Positions 1 to 14,691 of a stretch of 64,000 nt of DNA are shown piece by piece (within the stretch, counting starts at the first letter, position 1; each line of letters begins with the position of its first letter). The notes beneath the pieces were generated by a model. That model ran no database searches and was not told where the DNA came from. It saw only the letters and a list, made by a program, of their open reading frames with translations. The DNA is from Geosiphon pyriformis uo1 (Eukaryota; Fungi; Glomeromycota): positions 115,493-179,492 of the forward strand of contig JAAOMT010000375.1 in assembly GCA_016748015.1 (NCBI GenBank), in the 5' to 3' direction. Made by a program: the position numbers and the translations under genes.

Positions 1-268
1 ATACATAATCTTTTTACTTTAAAATATGAATATAAATTATACACTTTTTTTTTGAAATAAAATCAGATTATTAAACCAATTTTTTGATAAAATAATTATG
101 TATTATCTTTATAATTTTTATTTTATTATTATTATTATTTTTTTATTAAAGTTTAATGAATGGAGTTCAAACGCCACCTAGTACTATACATCATATAAAT
201 GATCTAAACTAGATGCGAATCATGCCTTTGCCATATGTGACCAGACACTCAGACTAGTCAGAACAACA

Positions 269-3200
269 CTATGTACTTATATGAACAGAAGCCATGTCAC
301 TAACACCTGCATAAAACAAACACCACTTACAATACCCAAAACTGATGCCAATTGCATTAGCAACACCCAACAACCTAATCACTCCAGCCGAAAGCCACGT
401 AAAAAAACCAGAAACAGTGACAAAAATGGAACCATCACATGGAATTAGCTTATTTTTCTCCATAATGACCTGGTGTTTTGCACAAACCAACCAGATATTA
501 TCATGAAATGCAAGATAAAACTCACATACAAAATTCACAATATTGATCACTGCCACCTTAGGATCATTATAAACAGAAACAGACTTGTGATACCAATCGT
601 CAAAAACAAAGCCCTTACACAGGACCATACTAACAGTCACATCTGAAATGCAAGTTGACAACAACTGTAATACATACAAAGAAGAACAAGACAGACCAGA
701 ATGCACCTTCCAGGCAGCTGCATAAGTGTCCAACAAACTGGCACGACTATCAATATCAGAAAAGCAAGAAAAGACATGGTCCGAGACTTCAACCTCATCA
801 CAGAACAAACAAACTACACTGGGATAATCCTTATCATACAGACACTTTCACACAGCAACAAGAAGGTGATGATGAAGGGCTTTCATAAAATATGTACGAA
901 AGCCAGCCATCCAAATACTAGTAAAACCAGTTGTCATATGGGAATCCAGGTGCCATACCAGAGAGAATTTCAACCAGTCAATATCAGCATGCAAACAACC
1001 TGGAACAACCTGGGAACTAGAACCAACCTCCCAATGCATGCGATGGATTGACCTAAATATGTCATGAACAAAATGCCTCAAATTACCAGAAACTGTATCA
1101 ATACCAGCCTTCAAAAACTTCTCACTGACCAAGTGGGGCAAATGCCAGGCAGAAAGGGCAGTATTCTTAGCCAGCGCATCAACACGTTCATTGCCTGAAA
1201 CATCCAAATGGCCCTTGACTTTAATCCAATTAACATCTAAATTTTTGCGACAAATGACATTGGTGATGTGACAACACTTAATCCAACAACAATTCCTGAA
1301 ATCAGGACCAACCAATAAAGACTCCAATCTGCAAGCATTTATAGTCACCTGGCTGTCTGAGAACAAGTCAACTGAATGAAAAGAAAAAACACTTAAAAGC
1401 TAAAGCAATGGCCTGCAACTCCACCAAAGTAGAAGAAACCAAACCAGAAACCTTCACACCTAGACCCGAATCAATGTCCTCAAAGAAAACTGCTGCACCA
1501 GCCAATATGTCAACAGTGCCCAAGTTATTCAGAGATCCATCTGTGTATACAGAGAGGTGGGTGGCACCAACATTCAACAGATCATTACAAATAACACCAA
1601 AACCAAGAGACTGACAGATGTCAGAAGAGCCACAAATACCCTTATGAAGAGAACAACCAGAAGGAGAAGCTATACCACCAAGAAAATGTACAAAGAGATT
1701 AAACCAGAAGGGGACTAAGCCACAGAGGTCTAGTCTTTTCCAATGCTTGAAAGTCTTCCAATCAAAAACAATGCCATTTCAGTCACAAAGTTGTTCTATG
1801 AAAGCAATACTATAATGCCTAAGGGAAGAGACACATTTGAAGAAAATTGTCTTACTAAGAACTAGAAACATAAAAGTACCACTCCAAAGATGAAAAGCAC
1901 TAGCCAGAGAGCCACTCAAAGACAAATCACACCCAGAAAAAATATGAACCACACCTGCCAAAAAGTTGTTTGAAGAGCTGACTCCAATATGAACAGGAAA
2001 CAACAAAGAGTGACGAGGATGCCAGCTGAGAATCTGGAGATCATAAGACCTATGAGAAAACAAGCGACCCAAAACACCAACCAAATTTACAAAGGCAATG
2101 ACAGAAGCTGACTTGCTCTCAGCCTGAATCTACTCAAAAGTTTTTAAATTGTACAAGGAAGGATGATAAAGTGCATCATTGGGAAAGTTCAGAGGCAGCC
2201 CAAATTTGGACTTCAGGCCCTTGTAAATCAAAGTGTCTCACTTATTATACACACTGAGAGGAATAAAACTGAACTGAGTTCTGTAGCTGATAATAGAAAA
2301 GAGAACTAAAGACACCAAATAAGCAAACTGTTTATCTGAAATAACTTTTCTCAGAATGAGATTAACAAAAAACCGAACATCCGATTGCATCTTAACCAAG
2401 CTAAGCTTCGAAAGACCTTTAGAAGATAAAAAAATCCCCAGATAATAATGAGGTTCATCTCTTTTAGCAATGGAAATTGGCATATTACTGATAGTTAAGT
2501 AAGGAGCAGCAACTCGACAGTTGATAGGAATAGTCACAGTCTTGTCATTGTTTATTGAAATGTCATTTAAACAAAAGAAATCACTAGCAACATTGAAGAT
2601 GTGTTGTGTAGCAGCCTGGCTGCTACTGACTCAAATAGTATCATCAACAAAAGCACTAGTGGCCAAAAACAACGTTAGCCCAGCTTGAAATTTCATCCGG
2701 CCGGTCTTAGAAATGAAATAAAAAATCAACCTGTAACCACAAATGCTTTCCTGTCTCTTAATCTTACACAAAAGCGAGTCATAAAATATGTGCCAGAGAA
2801 GTGGTAAAAAAACCTCTCTCTGATCCAATCCATTATGAACATGATAATCATCAGTCAAACCAAAATCTGTCATTACTCTGTTAGTGTAATCATTATAAAT
2901 GCTACCAAAAAATCTGATAAATTTGTCACACATTTTGATTCTAATCAAACTTCTCTTGAGATGCTCCCAACCAACAAAATCATAAGCTTTGCGCATATTC
3001 TATAAAACCAGCCACAACTCTCAGTTCTTTTCCAAAGCATTTTTGATTACTGAACCAATAGCAAAGATAGACAATTGAGTAGACATACTCTTCAGGACAG
3101 AGAAATTGTTCCCACAGAGGACATTAAAAGTACTACAAGCCAGAGAGATCCGATCTGAAAGAATCTTGGAAAGGACCTTGCGAGCTGTTTTAATCAAAGC

Positions 3201-4955
3201 AATAAAGCGGATATTTGTAAGAACCCCCTTCCACTCATAAGATTTAGGAATTATCGAGACCCAGGCTTCCCTCTAAGGTCCAGGCACTGACTCACAATCC
3301 AAACAAAAATTTAAGAGCACCAAAAGCATATCCAAGACCGACTTGTTATAGTGTTTCCAAAGTTCATTAGTAATACCAGAAAGACCAGCCACTTTTCTAT
3401 TGGGCAAATTTAAAATAACACCAAACATCTCTTTATAACCAATTAAATATATTACATCAGAGAAGGCACCATTGAAGACATGATCCAAAGGCCAAAATTG
3501 TCTTGCCCAATCACCAGAGATATTAGAAGCCACCTTATGTTTCCTAGTCCAACCCTCCATGATTCCATCCACCTTAGATTTAACCAACTCAGACTCCAAG
3601 ACCAACTCCCCACTATTTACCAAATGATCCAACACCACTTTACAAAAAGGACACTCCAAAACACTTCTAATGGTGTGACCTTTATCTATCTCAAAACTCT
3701 CTATTCTCCTCTCAATAGCCCGCCTTATACTAGATTCTTCAGCATGCTTAGATTCTAACAACTTAGAAGAGCAATAAGACTTCCTCACCTTAGCCAGCCC
3801 AGAACGGATCGCATCAAAACTGGTGCCAGAAAGAAACAGAGATTTCATTGGCAAAGTGCCCACAGAATCAAGCCTGTTTTAAGTATTCAACAACAAGGCA
3901 AAATTTCTGCCAGAAACCAACCGAGAAGTCTTTACCAGTTTAGACACAAGTAGCTCCAGTTTATGAAACCGGGAAGATACCTTATTAAAAACACAATTAA
4001 AACTCTTAAACCATTTTTTTTTGAATGTTTTACCAGCCAAAAGAACCATAATCTTACAAACAATGTCCCATATTGCATCCAGATCAAAAAACTGCTTAGC
4101 TGCAACAAACTCATCCAAGAACATAACAGCATTAGCAGCTGTAGCATTCCTGAATTCTGACCACTTAATCTTACTGGCATTTTTGATATTATACTTCTAA
4201 TAATCTCTATTAGCTTGTTTGTGCAATAAGTTCAACTGGACATCGAGCAGGCCACCCAGTTCTACAGAAACATAAACAGTCTTGTGATTGGTATTAAAAT
4301 AGTCTTCAACGCCATCTACACCATGATCTATCATTGCACCAACCAAATTAGAAGAAATGAACACATAGTCAATTGTCTTAGTAACACCACGAGAATTGCA
4401 CCAAGTAGGTGACTTCACAAAAGAGCTATTCCTCAGAGAGTTAATCAAACCCAAATCAAAAAATTTTTTGAAACTGGCACATTTGCATGAACCATCTTTA
4501 TTAAAATCACCACCAAGAATAACAAAAGAAGACTTATTAACGGCTTTAGCAATGAGAGAGTTGATCTTACCAGCCTGAAAAAACCGAACCACTGATGAAG
4601 CACCAGCATAGAGCCCCAAAATAGACACTGAAAGTTTATTTTTGAAAAGCAACTTGATGGATAGGAGCTGACCAGACACCTCAGAAATCTTGCAGATGTG
4701 TTTTGCTAAAGAAGAATTCATGATAATTAACACCCCAGCACCCAAAAAACCAGAATTCAAACCAGAAGTGAAAACCTGAACACCATCAAATTTGTTAGCC
4801 AACCATGGGTGAACTTTCTCTTTAAGCTTTGACTTTGTAAAAATAGAAACCAAATTGTTTATATTCTTGTGCCAACGAATAATATCATCTTGCTTTACAG
4901 GATTGTTCAACCCATGAACATTACATGTAGCAATTTTCCATACCAGACCACTCAT
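269..4955 (-). pseudogene. LINE-A ORF2: APE endonuclease, reverse transcriptase, RNase H, C-terminal zinc finger
   Basis: APE motifs (IATCNVHG, GGDFN, IDYVF), RT motifs (RKAYD, AFVDD), RNase H motifs (YTDGS, VKGHLDVSGNERVD) and FCDEVEVSDHVFSC. The frame is broken by stops. Confidence 0.92.
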
Positions 4956-6750
4956 TGAGAAAGAGGTAGAGAAAAAATACCACCTGCCAAAGCCAAACCA
5001 TCCAAGCGCGCTAATAGGCTCATAATCAAAGCAGAGAGACCTTCCAGCATGTTTTCCAATTTCACAACTTCAGGTGAGGCAGTTGAACCCAGAATGGCAG
5101 CAGTTTTGTCACTAGTGGCATCACCCAAACCCACTTCTATTACTATATCTTCTCCTTAATTCTGCGATGAGGGGGTCACCAACAGCTGACATCCAAGGCT
5201 AGGCTGGAAAACTGCTGGCACAAATGATTCCAACTTCTTAGCCAACTTACCAATTTGTCCTGTGAGGCTGACAAGACTGCTTTTAATGCAAACCAAACGT
5301 TTTTTCAAACCATCTGCAACAGAATGGAGAGGTTTACCAATATTGTCAGAACCAAAAAGTGAACCAGTACTATGAGAATTGTGCACCAAAAGAGCACCAA
5401 CAACTGATGCCCAAGTCTTACCACTGAAGGCCAATAGATGAGAAATGGGTGCAGATTTCCAAGTGTAGATAGTCACCAATCTAACCTGATCCTGAGCAGA
5501 AAGAGGTGTCTTCCTGCCCCTCAGGGTTGAACCAACCTTAACTGAAACACAATTAAAAGATGTATAACCAGAAAGACTGTAGACCGAGCACAGTACCAAA
5601 GAGAGGTGGGACCAGTGAAGGCCAATCCCTTTTATAACTGGGGTTGCAGCCATTGCACTAACCAGATCAGATTCAGACCCAAAACAAACAGTAGCACAGC
5701 GAGCACAGACGTAGCTAACAGGATTACGATCAATGACACATGTTTTTCCACCAACCAAACTAATGAAATCCCAAAGGTTATGAGCATTTGTCCTTACAGG
5801 AAGAGTGTATAACAGCATCCTGAATTTGTCTCTGGAATCCCACATCTGTTTGTTAACATTGGCCTTGGCCACACATACTGTATCCTTTCTAATAAAGATA
5901 GACTATTTGGATGCCAAGAAATTAGCTTGATTCTGATCTTTTAATTCAACAATTGCTTTTTGCCACAAACTTACAAGTTGCATCTTGATTGACTTAATCA
6001 ATCCAAACTTGGACAGGTAGTGTGCATAGCCTCCACAGAAGTTCTCATAGGAATTTTTTTTATCACAATTGCCTAATCCATATGGTTGTCTACAGGATGC
6101 TTAAGATTGGTGTTTACCACAACACCATGATTATTTGCCAACTTCCCAGCAGCCATTATTGCCCTTTCCAAAGTAAAAGTCACATGAATAATTCCACCAA
6201 ATTTTAAGGAAGTAGAAACCCCCCCAAAACCATTCACACTTGAAAAAATTTTCCTAATAAAACACAATTTTTCCTAAGAGGACTTTTCAGTAATGACCAC
6301 AAGATTAATATCTAAAGCAAAAGATTTGCAAACAAGCACTTGAACAGTTGGTTTAATAGGTAGAGGAGGTAGGAGAAGAAGGGAATTGTCTAACACATCA
6401 TCATTTGTATTGACAGTACCATAATCAATTACACCCAGAGGCTTCTCTAACATCTTTTTGGTCTTTATACATAAACCTTTTGGCATCTAATTGGGATCCC
6501 CTTTCATGAAAGCATCACTTTCACCATAGTCAACACTGGTTTTTTCAACTAAGCACTCCTTCTTCATGTTAATACTCTCAGATTTAGTAGTGTCACCTGT
6601 CTCAGAACCCCATGAACAAGCACCAGGAGCTTCAGCAGCAACCTCTTTATTATCAATATCCTCTGTTAATACACCTCCCTTCCTTTTCTTTCTCGATACA
6701 ACCGCCTTGAAACCATTTTCAGAACCAGAAACTTTAATAATCTTCTTCAT
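4952..6750 (-). pseudogene. LINE-A ORF1 (RRM-like domains, degenerate CCHC knuckle, coiled coil)
   Basis: Consecutive ORF fragments 6487-6750, 6274-6486, 6073-6267, 5156-5872 and 4952-5134. They include an RRM-like segment LLYTLPVRTNAHNLWDF...CATVCF, a knuckle-like CSVYSLSGYTSFNC and a heptad-like C-terminus. Confidence 0.8.
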
Positions 6751-8004
6751 AACAGCAATAACAGAGTTAACAGTGGCCTCGTAATCGAAGAATGGTTTTG
6801 ATTTATCATACTGAATGGTAAAAAACTTCTTTTGAAAAAATTTTTGACTCTTTTTTGGGAATTTTGGACGAAGGAGAGAAAGAAGTTTTTTTTATTATTA
6901 TTTATGTATTATAGAATTAATTATTTTATTTTTAACAAAGTTTTTAATTAAATTGTTAATTAAAATTAAACATATATAAATATAAATTTAATAGCAGTTT
7001 TTTAATATGTTTAAATATTAAAAAATAATTTGGTTCAAAAATAACAATAGCATTAAATAAATAATAATATATTTTATTTTTAAATTAATAATTAAATTGT
7101 AAATATATTAATCTTAATCCAATTAAACTTAAACAATTAAAGAATTTAGAATGGTTAAGTTTAAAAAAAAGTAAATAGAATAGTATTAAAAATATTAAAA
7201 ATTACATTAATTTAAAAAAAAAGTATTTTATTAATAAATCTATTATAAAATACACCAATTAAAATGTATAATATTAACTGTTGTTTGTTTATTATTTTCT
7301 TATGAAATATATTTTTATTTTTGAATTTGTGTACTATTTGTTGTAATCTTATTACTTATTTCTTTTGAAACAGATTTTTTTGAACTTATTTATTATTCTT
7401 GTTATTCTAATAGACTTATTCAGATTAATTTAAAATTACTTATTGACTTTGTACTATTTTTCCTAATATTTGATCAAATTAAAATTCTGAGCTTGAAAAA
7501 ACAACTATTCAACACTGCTGGGCAAAATTTTGAAAGACTCTATAGCTTCATTATTCCCTTTCCAATATTTTTAATATTTGGGCTGAAACAAAAAACCTGG
7601 GAACGCAAAAAATTAAATCAACCCATGAAAATTTCAGTAATTGCGTCATGCAGTATGCCGTATGATTTCCACCAATCTTGAACAGGAGTTTTTTTTTATC
7701 AATAAATTTGAGATGATTCAATATAAAATAAGTGGCGTCTTTTTGTTAATTGTAATCGCATGATCGGATTCTTGGGGCAACCCGCTCAACTTGTGATATA
7801 TTACACTGATATACCGTATTTTGATTGTGTTTCCTCTTTTCTACGAGTTCTAACGTCGTGTTAGCTAAGTCGTTTTTTGTATTAAACTTTCCCCTTTTAC
7901 TTCTAAAAGAAAAATTATATCACACAAAATAAAAATTACCTCATTAAAAATTTATTAAAGCTAGTCGGACGAAAACCCGGACAATGAACCACACAGCTTA
8001 AATC

Positions 8005-11000
8005 ATGGTAGCAGCGTATATAACGACCGACAATATTTTTAATTCTGAACAAAAGGAAAATATTTCACGTGAAGAAAAAATGAGAGAAACTAACTTCATA
8101 TTTGTTAAAGAAGAAATTGAAAAGAGCACGGAGGAAGTTGTTCCAGCACCTGAAAGATCCTTGGCTAATGTAAACCAAACAACACCTAATGTTTTAAATG
8201 GCTTCGAATTCAACCACAACGAACGAATTAGTGTATTTATCAACAATACAGAAGATATTGCTTTGGCAGCAGCCGCTCGAAGAATTCCTCCTAATGTCAC
8301 ACCATCAACGAATCCCAACTTCTCAATAGAAACATCTCACAATTTTCAAGTCAATGATCAAAGTAAATCTAATTCAACCTCTTCAATGCCTACAGCCTCA
8401 CCTCAAACGATATCTCCAATCGTGGTGATCAAAAGAAAAGGACCTGGTCGACCACGTAAATCAGAAAAGTTATCCTTTTCTCAAGGAACCCATACTTTTA
8501 GCATCAATTCGTCCCCGACAGAAGGCACCCCTGATCCCAATCGTCCGAAAAGGACGTATAGGAAAAAGCGCCCTAAAATATCTCCCACAGAATCCATCGA
8601 CACCCTTAACACACCATCCCCATCAACAACATTTATTACGAATAACAACAACAACAACAACAACAATTATAATCACGACAATAACAATAACAACGACAAC
8701 AGCAATGCGAATAATAATAATAATAATAATAATAATCATCATCATCATCATCATCATACTCATGATGGTTTAAATGGTGTCCATCCAATCCCTCTAGCTC
8801 CTTTCAACAGATCTGTGGACAAAACATTCACCATCTCTTCTGATCCCACACCTACATCTATGCAATTCTCAGATATTAAATATGAAGACTCAACCATCAC
8901 AAATTCTTCTCGTCCAGTGAAAAGAGGACCTGGTAGACCTCGTAAATTACCAGTGTCAATTGATAATTCTCAAAATAGTATTTCTGAGGCTACTACCCCG
9001 ATCAACGTATCTTCACCTCAACAGAACGATAAAAAGCGTAATGCTGATGGTGATTTAAAAAATGAGCACTCCCTTGATACCTCGAATGGCCATGTAGTTT
9101 CAAAACCATCAATTAAAAAATTTACTCCTCGTAAGAGACCAAAAACTTTCTCGCCGAACAAATTAGAGTCTTCGTCGTCAACATCGCCAATTGTTGAAAA
9201 AAAATCGACACCACTTGATGAAGTACGGAATGCACATTTAAAAGAGAAAGAATTATGTTTAGCAAAAGTAGTTGATGATCATGATAGTTTGGTTCGAGAG
9301 CTCTATTATATGGAAAATTTTAATTTGTTGGTTTGGGATCTTGATCGACATAAATTAAAACAAGATAACAGTGAGAGAATGGTCAAGGTAAGAGAAATTT
9401 TTACAGAGTTAAACCACCTTTATAATCACGAAGCTTTATTCATAAACAAATAAAGTTTTTTGAAATTAGTGGAAGGTATTTTAAAATTTCTTGAATATAA
9501 TTATATAATCTTCTCAGCGAAACCGAATCTTCCATACTGCTGTATTTTTTCATTATATAACTGTGTGATACTTATTATTGAAATCAGTATCTCGAAAGTC
9601 ACAACTTATGGTCGACCGTGAGTGATCAAGTGCTCAACTCTGTACAAGCCAATTCCACTCGCATGTCCACGAGACGTTCTCTTAATCAACATCGTGACTC
9701 GTTGGTTAGTATCCTTCAAAAAACCTTTACATCACATGGATTAAATCTGGCCGAAGCTCCAACCTTAGCCCCTCGCAGTCGCGGTCGTAATAGGAGAATT
9801 GAACCTGAAACTAGTCCACCACCAACGAACAATCCCTCTATAAACATACTTCGTCGAAGTCGTGGACAAGCCCAATTTCCTAGTGTTGATGTGTTTCTTG
9901 CTTCTTTTGTCACTCTTGATGACGAAGACATGACCCCAATGGATGCTCAAGCACGTGCCATACGTGAAGCTGATATTCAGTATAGAATATATTCATTGAG
10001 GAAACAAGGTCGAATTTTACGTAAAACACCCAAACCACAAATAGAACCACGTCGCCCACTAACCCACAAAGATCATCTCCTGGACCATATTACTTCCCAA
10101 GCCAAATATATGACCAAGATAACCGAGAATAAAAATAAAATAACAAGGCAGATTAACAAAGCAGTACTGCAGCATTTTAACAAATTGGCAAATCAAGATG
10201 AAAAAGATAAAAAAGCTGAAGAGAAGAGATTAAAAAGATTAGCAAAGACCACCGCAAATCTGATAAGACAAAAATGGAAAACTGTTGAATCGGTAAGCTT
10301 TTTTTTTTTACGTGAAAATTATTGATAATTAAATTTGACGAATGAGACATTTCTTATGCCTTATCAAGCCTCAGTTTTTTGGGTTATTTATTTTGGCTTC
10401 TTTGCAGACAAGAGCAGGAAGAGATCTCAGAAGTTACATCGATTCCAAATGATTTACTTATTTTTGTTCCTTGCCAGATTATTTTGGCAAAACAAAAGGA
10501 AATCATGCGAGAACGACAAGAACGTAAAGGGAAGCGTCATCTTAATCTTCTTCTTGAACATTCGACTCAAATGTTGGAGGTACAACAGAATGAACTTTTG
10601 GGTACACCTATCACTGCAATATCCTCTTATGGGATTCCGTCAGTGATGCAGGATCCCAGTTCAAAAGAGCTCGATTTCATTGAATTTGAACATCCAGATG
10701 AAGATGGTGCGAAATCAATTAGTGAAATTGGCGATAACGATTCATCGGATGACGAAGAAGTAGTCAAAAAATTGCAAGCTGAAAAAGATCTTCCTTTAAA
10801 GGAGCTTCTCGAGAAATACGACTACAATATAGGTGATGACGATGATGATCTCGGCAACCGTGGATGGGATGATGAAGATGAATTTGAAAAATATACCGAT
10901 CCCGACCTTTCTCAGCATGAACAAAGTGAGGACGAAGCCAATCAATCGAACGCACGAGAAGATACCATAAAAGTCGAGGAAATTTGTGACAATCGTGACA

Positions 11001-14000
11001 GGCCCAGTGAAAATTTTATATTTTCCTTACCAAAAATTCCCAAAACCGAAGAAACAAATAACATTGCTAACTCTGACTTTCTACGATTGCGTAAACGCAA
11101 AGCATCTGCTAGCCTATCAGCGGATGAGGATGAAGAGGACCCTGATGAAAATGATTATGAGTTTAAAATTGCTCCCAATGATCAAGTGGAGGATGACGAA
11201 GCGTCTTTGGATGCTCAAGAGCGTGAAGAAAACCCTGATGAAGAAAAAGTGGAATTAAATGGGTTGAAAGATGAATCAAATTTGCCAATTGAAGATTTGA
11301 TCAAACGATACTATGGGTACAAAATTGGAGATGAAATGGAAGAAGGGAATGAGGTTGATGATGAACTAATGATTGAAGAAAAGCATAGTCCAATAGAGTA
11401 TCCCGTAATAGATGGTGAAGATATTCCGAACAGAGAACAGAATTGCTCTTCCAAAGATTTTTCTTATATCTCATCTGGTCTCAACCAAGTGTCTTCTATG
11501 GAAGTGGAGACAGAAAATTTAAATTTGGGATTAATGTCTCCACAAAACAATGGTGAGTTGAATATTGACGACCACGTTCAAATGGATGTTGAAGATCAAT
11601 TGCAACGTTGCTATGATACTGATGAAACCGTTACCGCACAAGGGAGTGAAACAGATGTCGAAGAATATGCCACCCGCTTATTGGTGGAGGAGAGTTCAAG
11701 TCAACGGGAAGCAAAATGGAAAAACCAGAGTGAAGAATCAAAAACCGTACAAGATCAAGAAAATTATAAGCTCCATCCCACCCTACGCCTTCGAATGAGC
11801 AACGAACAAGACCAAGGATCATCGCGGAAAAATTATCTTAATGAACAAACCCTGAAGGAAAAACATGAGTCAGACTATGAAACTTCCGAAAAACAAGACG
11901 ACGATCAAACCAATGAAGGAACCAAAGAAAAAGGTGGCGAGGAAGAGATGGAAGATAATAAAAGTACAAACTCAGAAAAACACAGGAGTCCTGCCTTAGT
12001 CGCTGATCCACCAACAGGCACTACTCTTTCGACCGCTACTGTCAGAACTCAGATTCCTTCACTTCTTCGCGGTCAACTCCGAGAATATCAGCACGTTGGC
12101 CTTGATTGGCTTGCAAGCTTGTACAATCACGGACTTAATGGGATCCTTGCTGATGAAATGGGGTTAGGAAAGACTATACAAACTATTGCATTACTGGCTC
12201 ACCTGGCTTGGGATAAAGGCGTTTGGGGTCCACATTTAATCGTCGTTCCCACAAGCGTTATTATTAATTGGGAAATGGAATTCAAAAAATGGTGTCCGGG
12301 ATTTTCTATATTAACTTATTATGGAAGCCCAAGAGAAAGAAAGGAAAAGCGAATGGGTTGGTCAAAAGAACATAAATTCAATGTATGCATAACCTCATAT
12401 CAGCTTGTGGTTCAGGATCAAAATGTGTTCAGAAAAAAGAGATGGCACTATCTTATCCTAGATGAGGCGCACAACATTAAAAATTTCCGTTCACAACGAT
12501 GGCAAACTTTACTAAATTTTAACTCCACCCGAAGATTACTCCTTACTGGGACACCTTTACAGAATAATCTCATGGAACTATGGTCCTTGCTTTACTTTTT
12601 AATGCCGCAAGGAGTATCACAAGCAATGCCGATTGGTTTCGCAAATCAAAAGGAATTTCAAGAATGGTTTTCCCATCCCGTTGATAAGATGATTGAAAAT
12701 AATGAACAGATGGATGATGAGACACGGGCTGCTGTATCCAAGCTGCACACTGTTCTTCGACCTTACCTCTTGCGTCGCTTAAAGGTCGATGTTGAAAAGC
12801 AATTACCTGGGAAATACGAACATATAATATACTGTCGCCTTTCCAAGCGCCAAAGATTTCTGTATGACGACTTCATGTCACGGGCCAAAACAAAAGAAAC
12901 TTTACAATCAGGAAATTTTTTGAGTATCATCAATTGCTTAATGCAATTGCGCAAAGTATGCAATCATCCCGATTTGTTTGAGGTCAGGCCAATCCGAACA
13001 TCATTTGCAATGTCCAGATCAGCGATAGCCGATTATGAAATAAAAGAACTATTGATACGTAGAAATTTATTTCAAGAACGAGATGATGAAGTGAACATGG
13101 ACTTTTTGAATCTTGTCCCAAGGCAATTTGAAGGCGTGCTAGATTGGTTGGTAGCCAACGAATGGGGACATATAAATCCAGAATATCATTTTTGGCATCA
13201 AATAGATTGTCTTGGAATGGTTCAAAAAGGGGATTTGAAGAATGGGCTCACCTCTATCAATTACAAAAATGTCGCACTATTCAATCAAGCAATGAAACAA
13301 CGCAACCGTTTATCACTGCGTCAATGCTGGGATCAAATGAGATATATTAATTCTTTTCGCCTTAAACGTCGACCAATCTACGGTACCGGTCTCATAAAGC
13401 TATGTCGTGAATTGGGAACCACCATATGCGACAATTTCTTGGCAGATGCTCTTAATCCTAGAAAGTTTTGGCAACGAGTTGATTGCATGACAGATTTAGT
13501 CGTGACAAATGAAAAAAGATATGCTATGATGGAAGAAGTTATAAAACGGTACGCATTTGTCACCCCTGCAGTAGTTGCGAAAGATATCTCATCAATTGCT
13601 TTGGTTGGCATGCCTGAAGAATTGCGATGGATGATTCAGACACAAGTTCAAGATTTATATCATCCAATACGAGTCAAACTTCAAATAGCCTTTCCTGATA
13701 AACGGCTATTGCAATTTGATTGTGGCAAATTGCAAAAACTTGATGAACTTTTACGTAGTCTTAAAACTGGTGGTCATCGAGCTCTCATATTCACACAGAT
13801 GACACGTGTACTGGACATACTTGAAATCTTTCTGAACATTCATGGTCATCGTTACCTGCGACTTGATGGCGCGACTAAAATTGAACAGCGTCAATTATTA
13901 ACGGAACGGTTTAATCATGATCCCAAAATTTTGGTTTTCATACTTTCCACAAGATCTGGTGGTCTAGGCATTAATCTCACTGGGGCGGACACGGTAATAT

Positions 14001-14691
14001 TTTATGACTCTGATTGGAACCCGTGTATGGACCGACAATGTCAAGATAGGTACGGATAACGAGAAAGGTTTCAATTCTAGTCGAATTTAATTCTGAAATT
14101 TAATATTATCAATTCAGATGTCATCGGATTGGGCAAACACGCGACGTTCACATTTACCGCTTTGTTAGTGAATACTCGATCGAGGAAAACATGCTGCGCA
14201 AAGCAAACCAAAAAAGGATGCTTGACGATCTCGTAATCACAGAAGGAGAATTTACTACAGATTATTTTCACAAATTGGATTGGCGTGATCTTTTAAATGA
14301 CATAGCCCCTGATAGAGCCAAGAAAGTTCATGAAGAACCCATATCCGGTATGGAGCTGGAACATTGTCTCGCCCAAGTTGAAGATGATCCTGATGTAAAT
14401 GCTGCTCGAATGGCGAGAACCGAAATGGATCTTGACCTTACAGAATTTGCCGAACCAACTTCACCTGTCGAGGAAAATTCGAGTGCACCGCCATCTTCAC
14501 TTACTCGCCGAGTAAGTGATCTTTCATCGATAAATTCGCCCCCCGAAGTAATGGATGATACAAAGTTTGATCATGTTGATAATTATATGCTTCGTTTGAT
14601 GGAACGCGAAATGGGAGTGTATGTAGGTTTTGGTGGATTACCTATTCCTAATAATATTGACGAAGAGAATTCTTTTTTGGGAAATGAATGA
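8005..14691 (+). CDS. SWR1: SWR1/SRCAP-family H2A.Z-depositing chromatin remodelling ATPase. Exons 8005-9387, 9588-10292, 10478-14049, 14118-14691 (2077 aa)
   Basis: HSA-like helix in exons 2-3. Split SNF2 ATPase motifs: GILADEMGLGKT, ILDEAHNIKNFRSQRWQ, LRKVCNHPDLFE, FPDKRLLQFDCGKLQ. Three GT-AG introns (200, 185 and 68 bp) keep the frame and rebuild QDR/CHRIGQTRDVHIYR. The exact start codon is less certain. Confidence 0.95.
8641..8757 (+). repeat. Coding (AAC/AAT)n and (CAT)n microsatellite giving poly-Asn/poly-His in SWR1 exon 1
   Basis: Directly visible triplet repeats. Confidence 0.95.

Larger units (their letters stand above)
121..6885 (-). mobile_element. Near full-length LINE (non-LTR retrotransposon), family LINE-A, inactivated by nonsense mutations
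   Basis: Minus-strand order is ORF1 then ORF2 (APE, RT, RNase H, CCHC). An A/TAA-rich tail lies near 121-147. Both ends are approximate. Confidence 0.93.

Noticed and set aside
655-6784. Short plus-strand ORFs over LINE-A, and similar antisense ORFs over the gypsy and half-LINE copies
   Set aside because: Shadow frames of the TE coding strand with no independent motifs or conservation.
10379-10477. N-terminus of the 1226-aa ORF as a separate gene start
   Set aside because: Lies within SWR1 intron 2; the phase-0 acceptor is at 10477.
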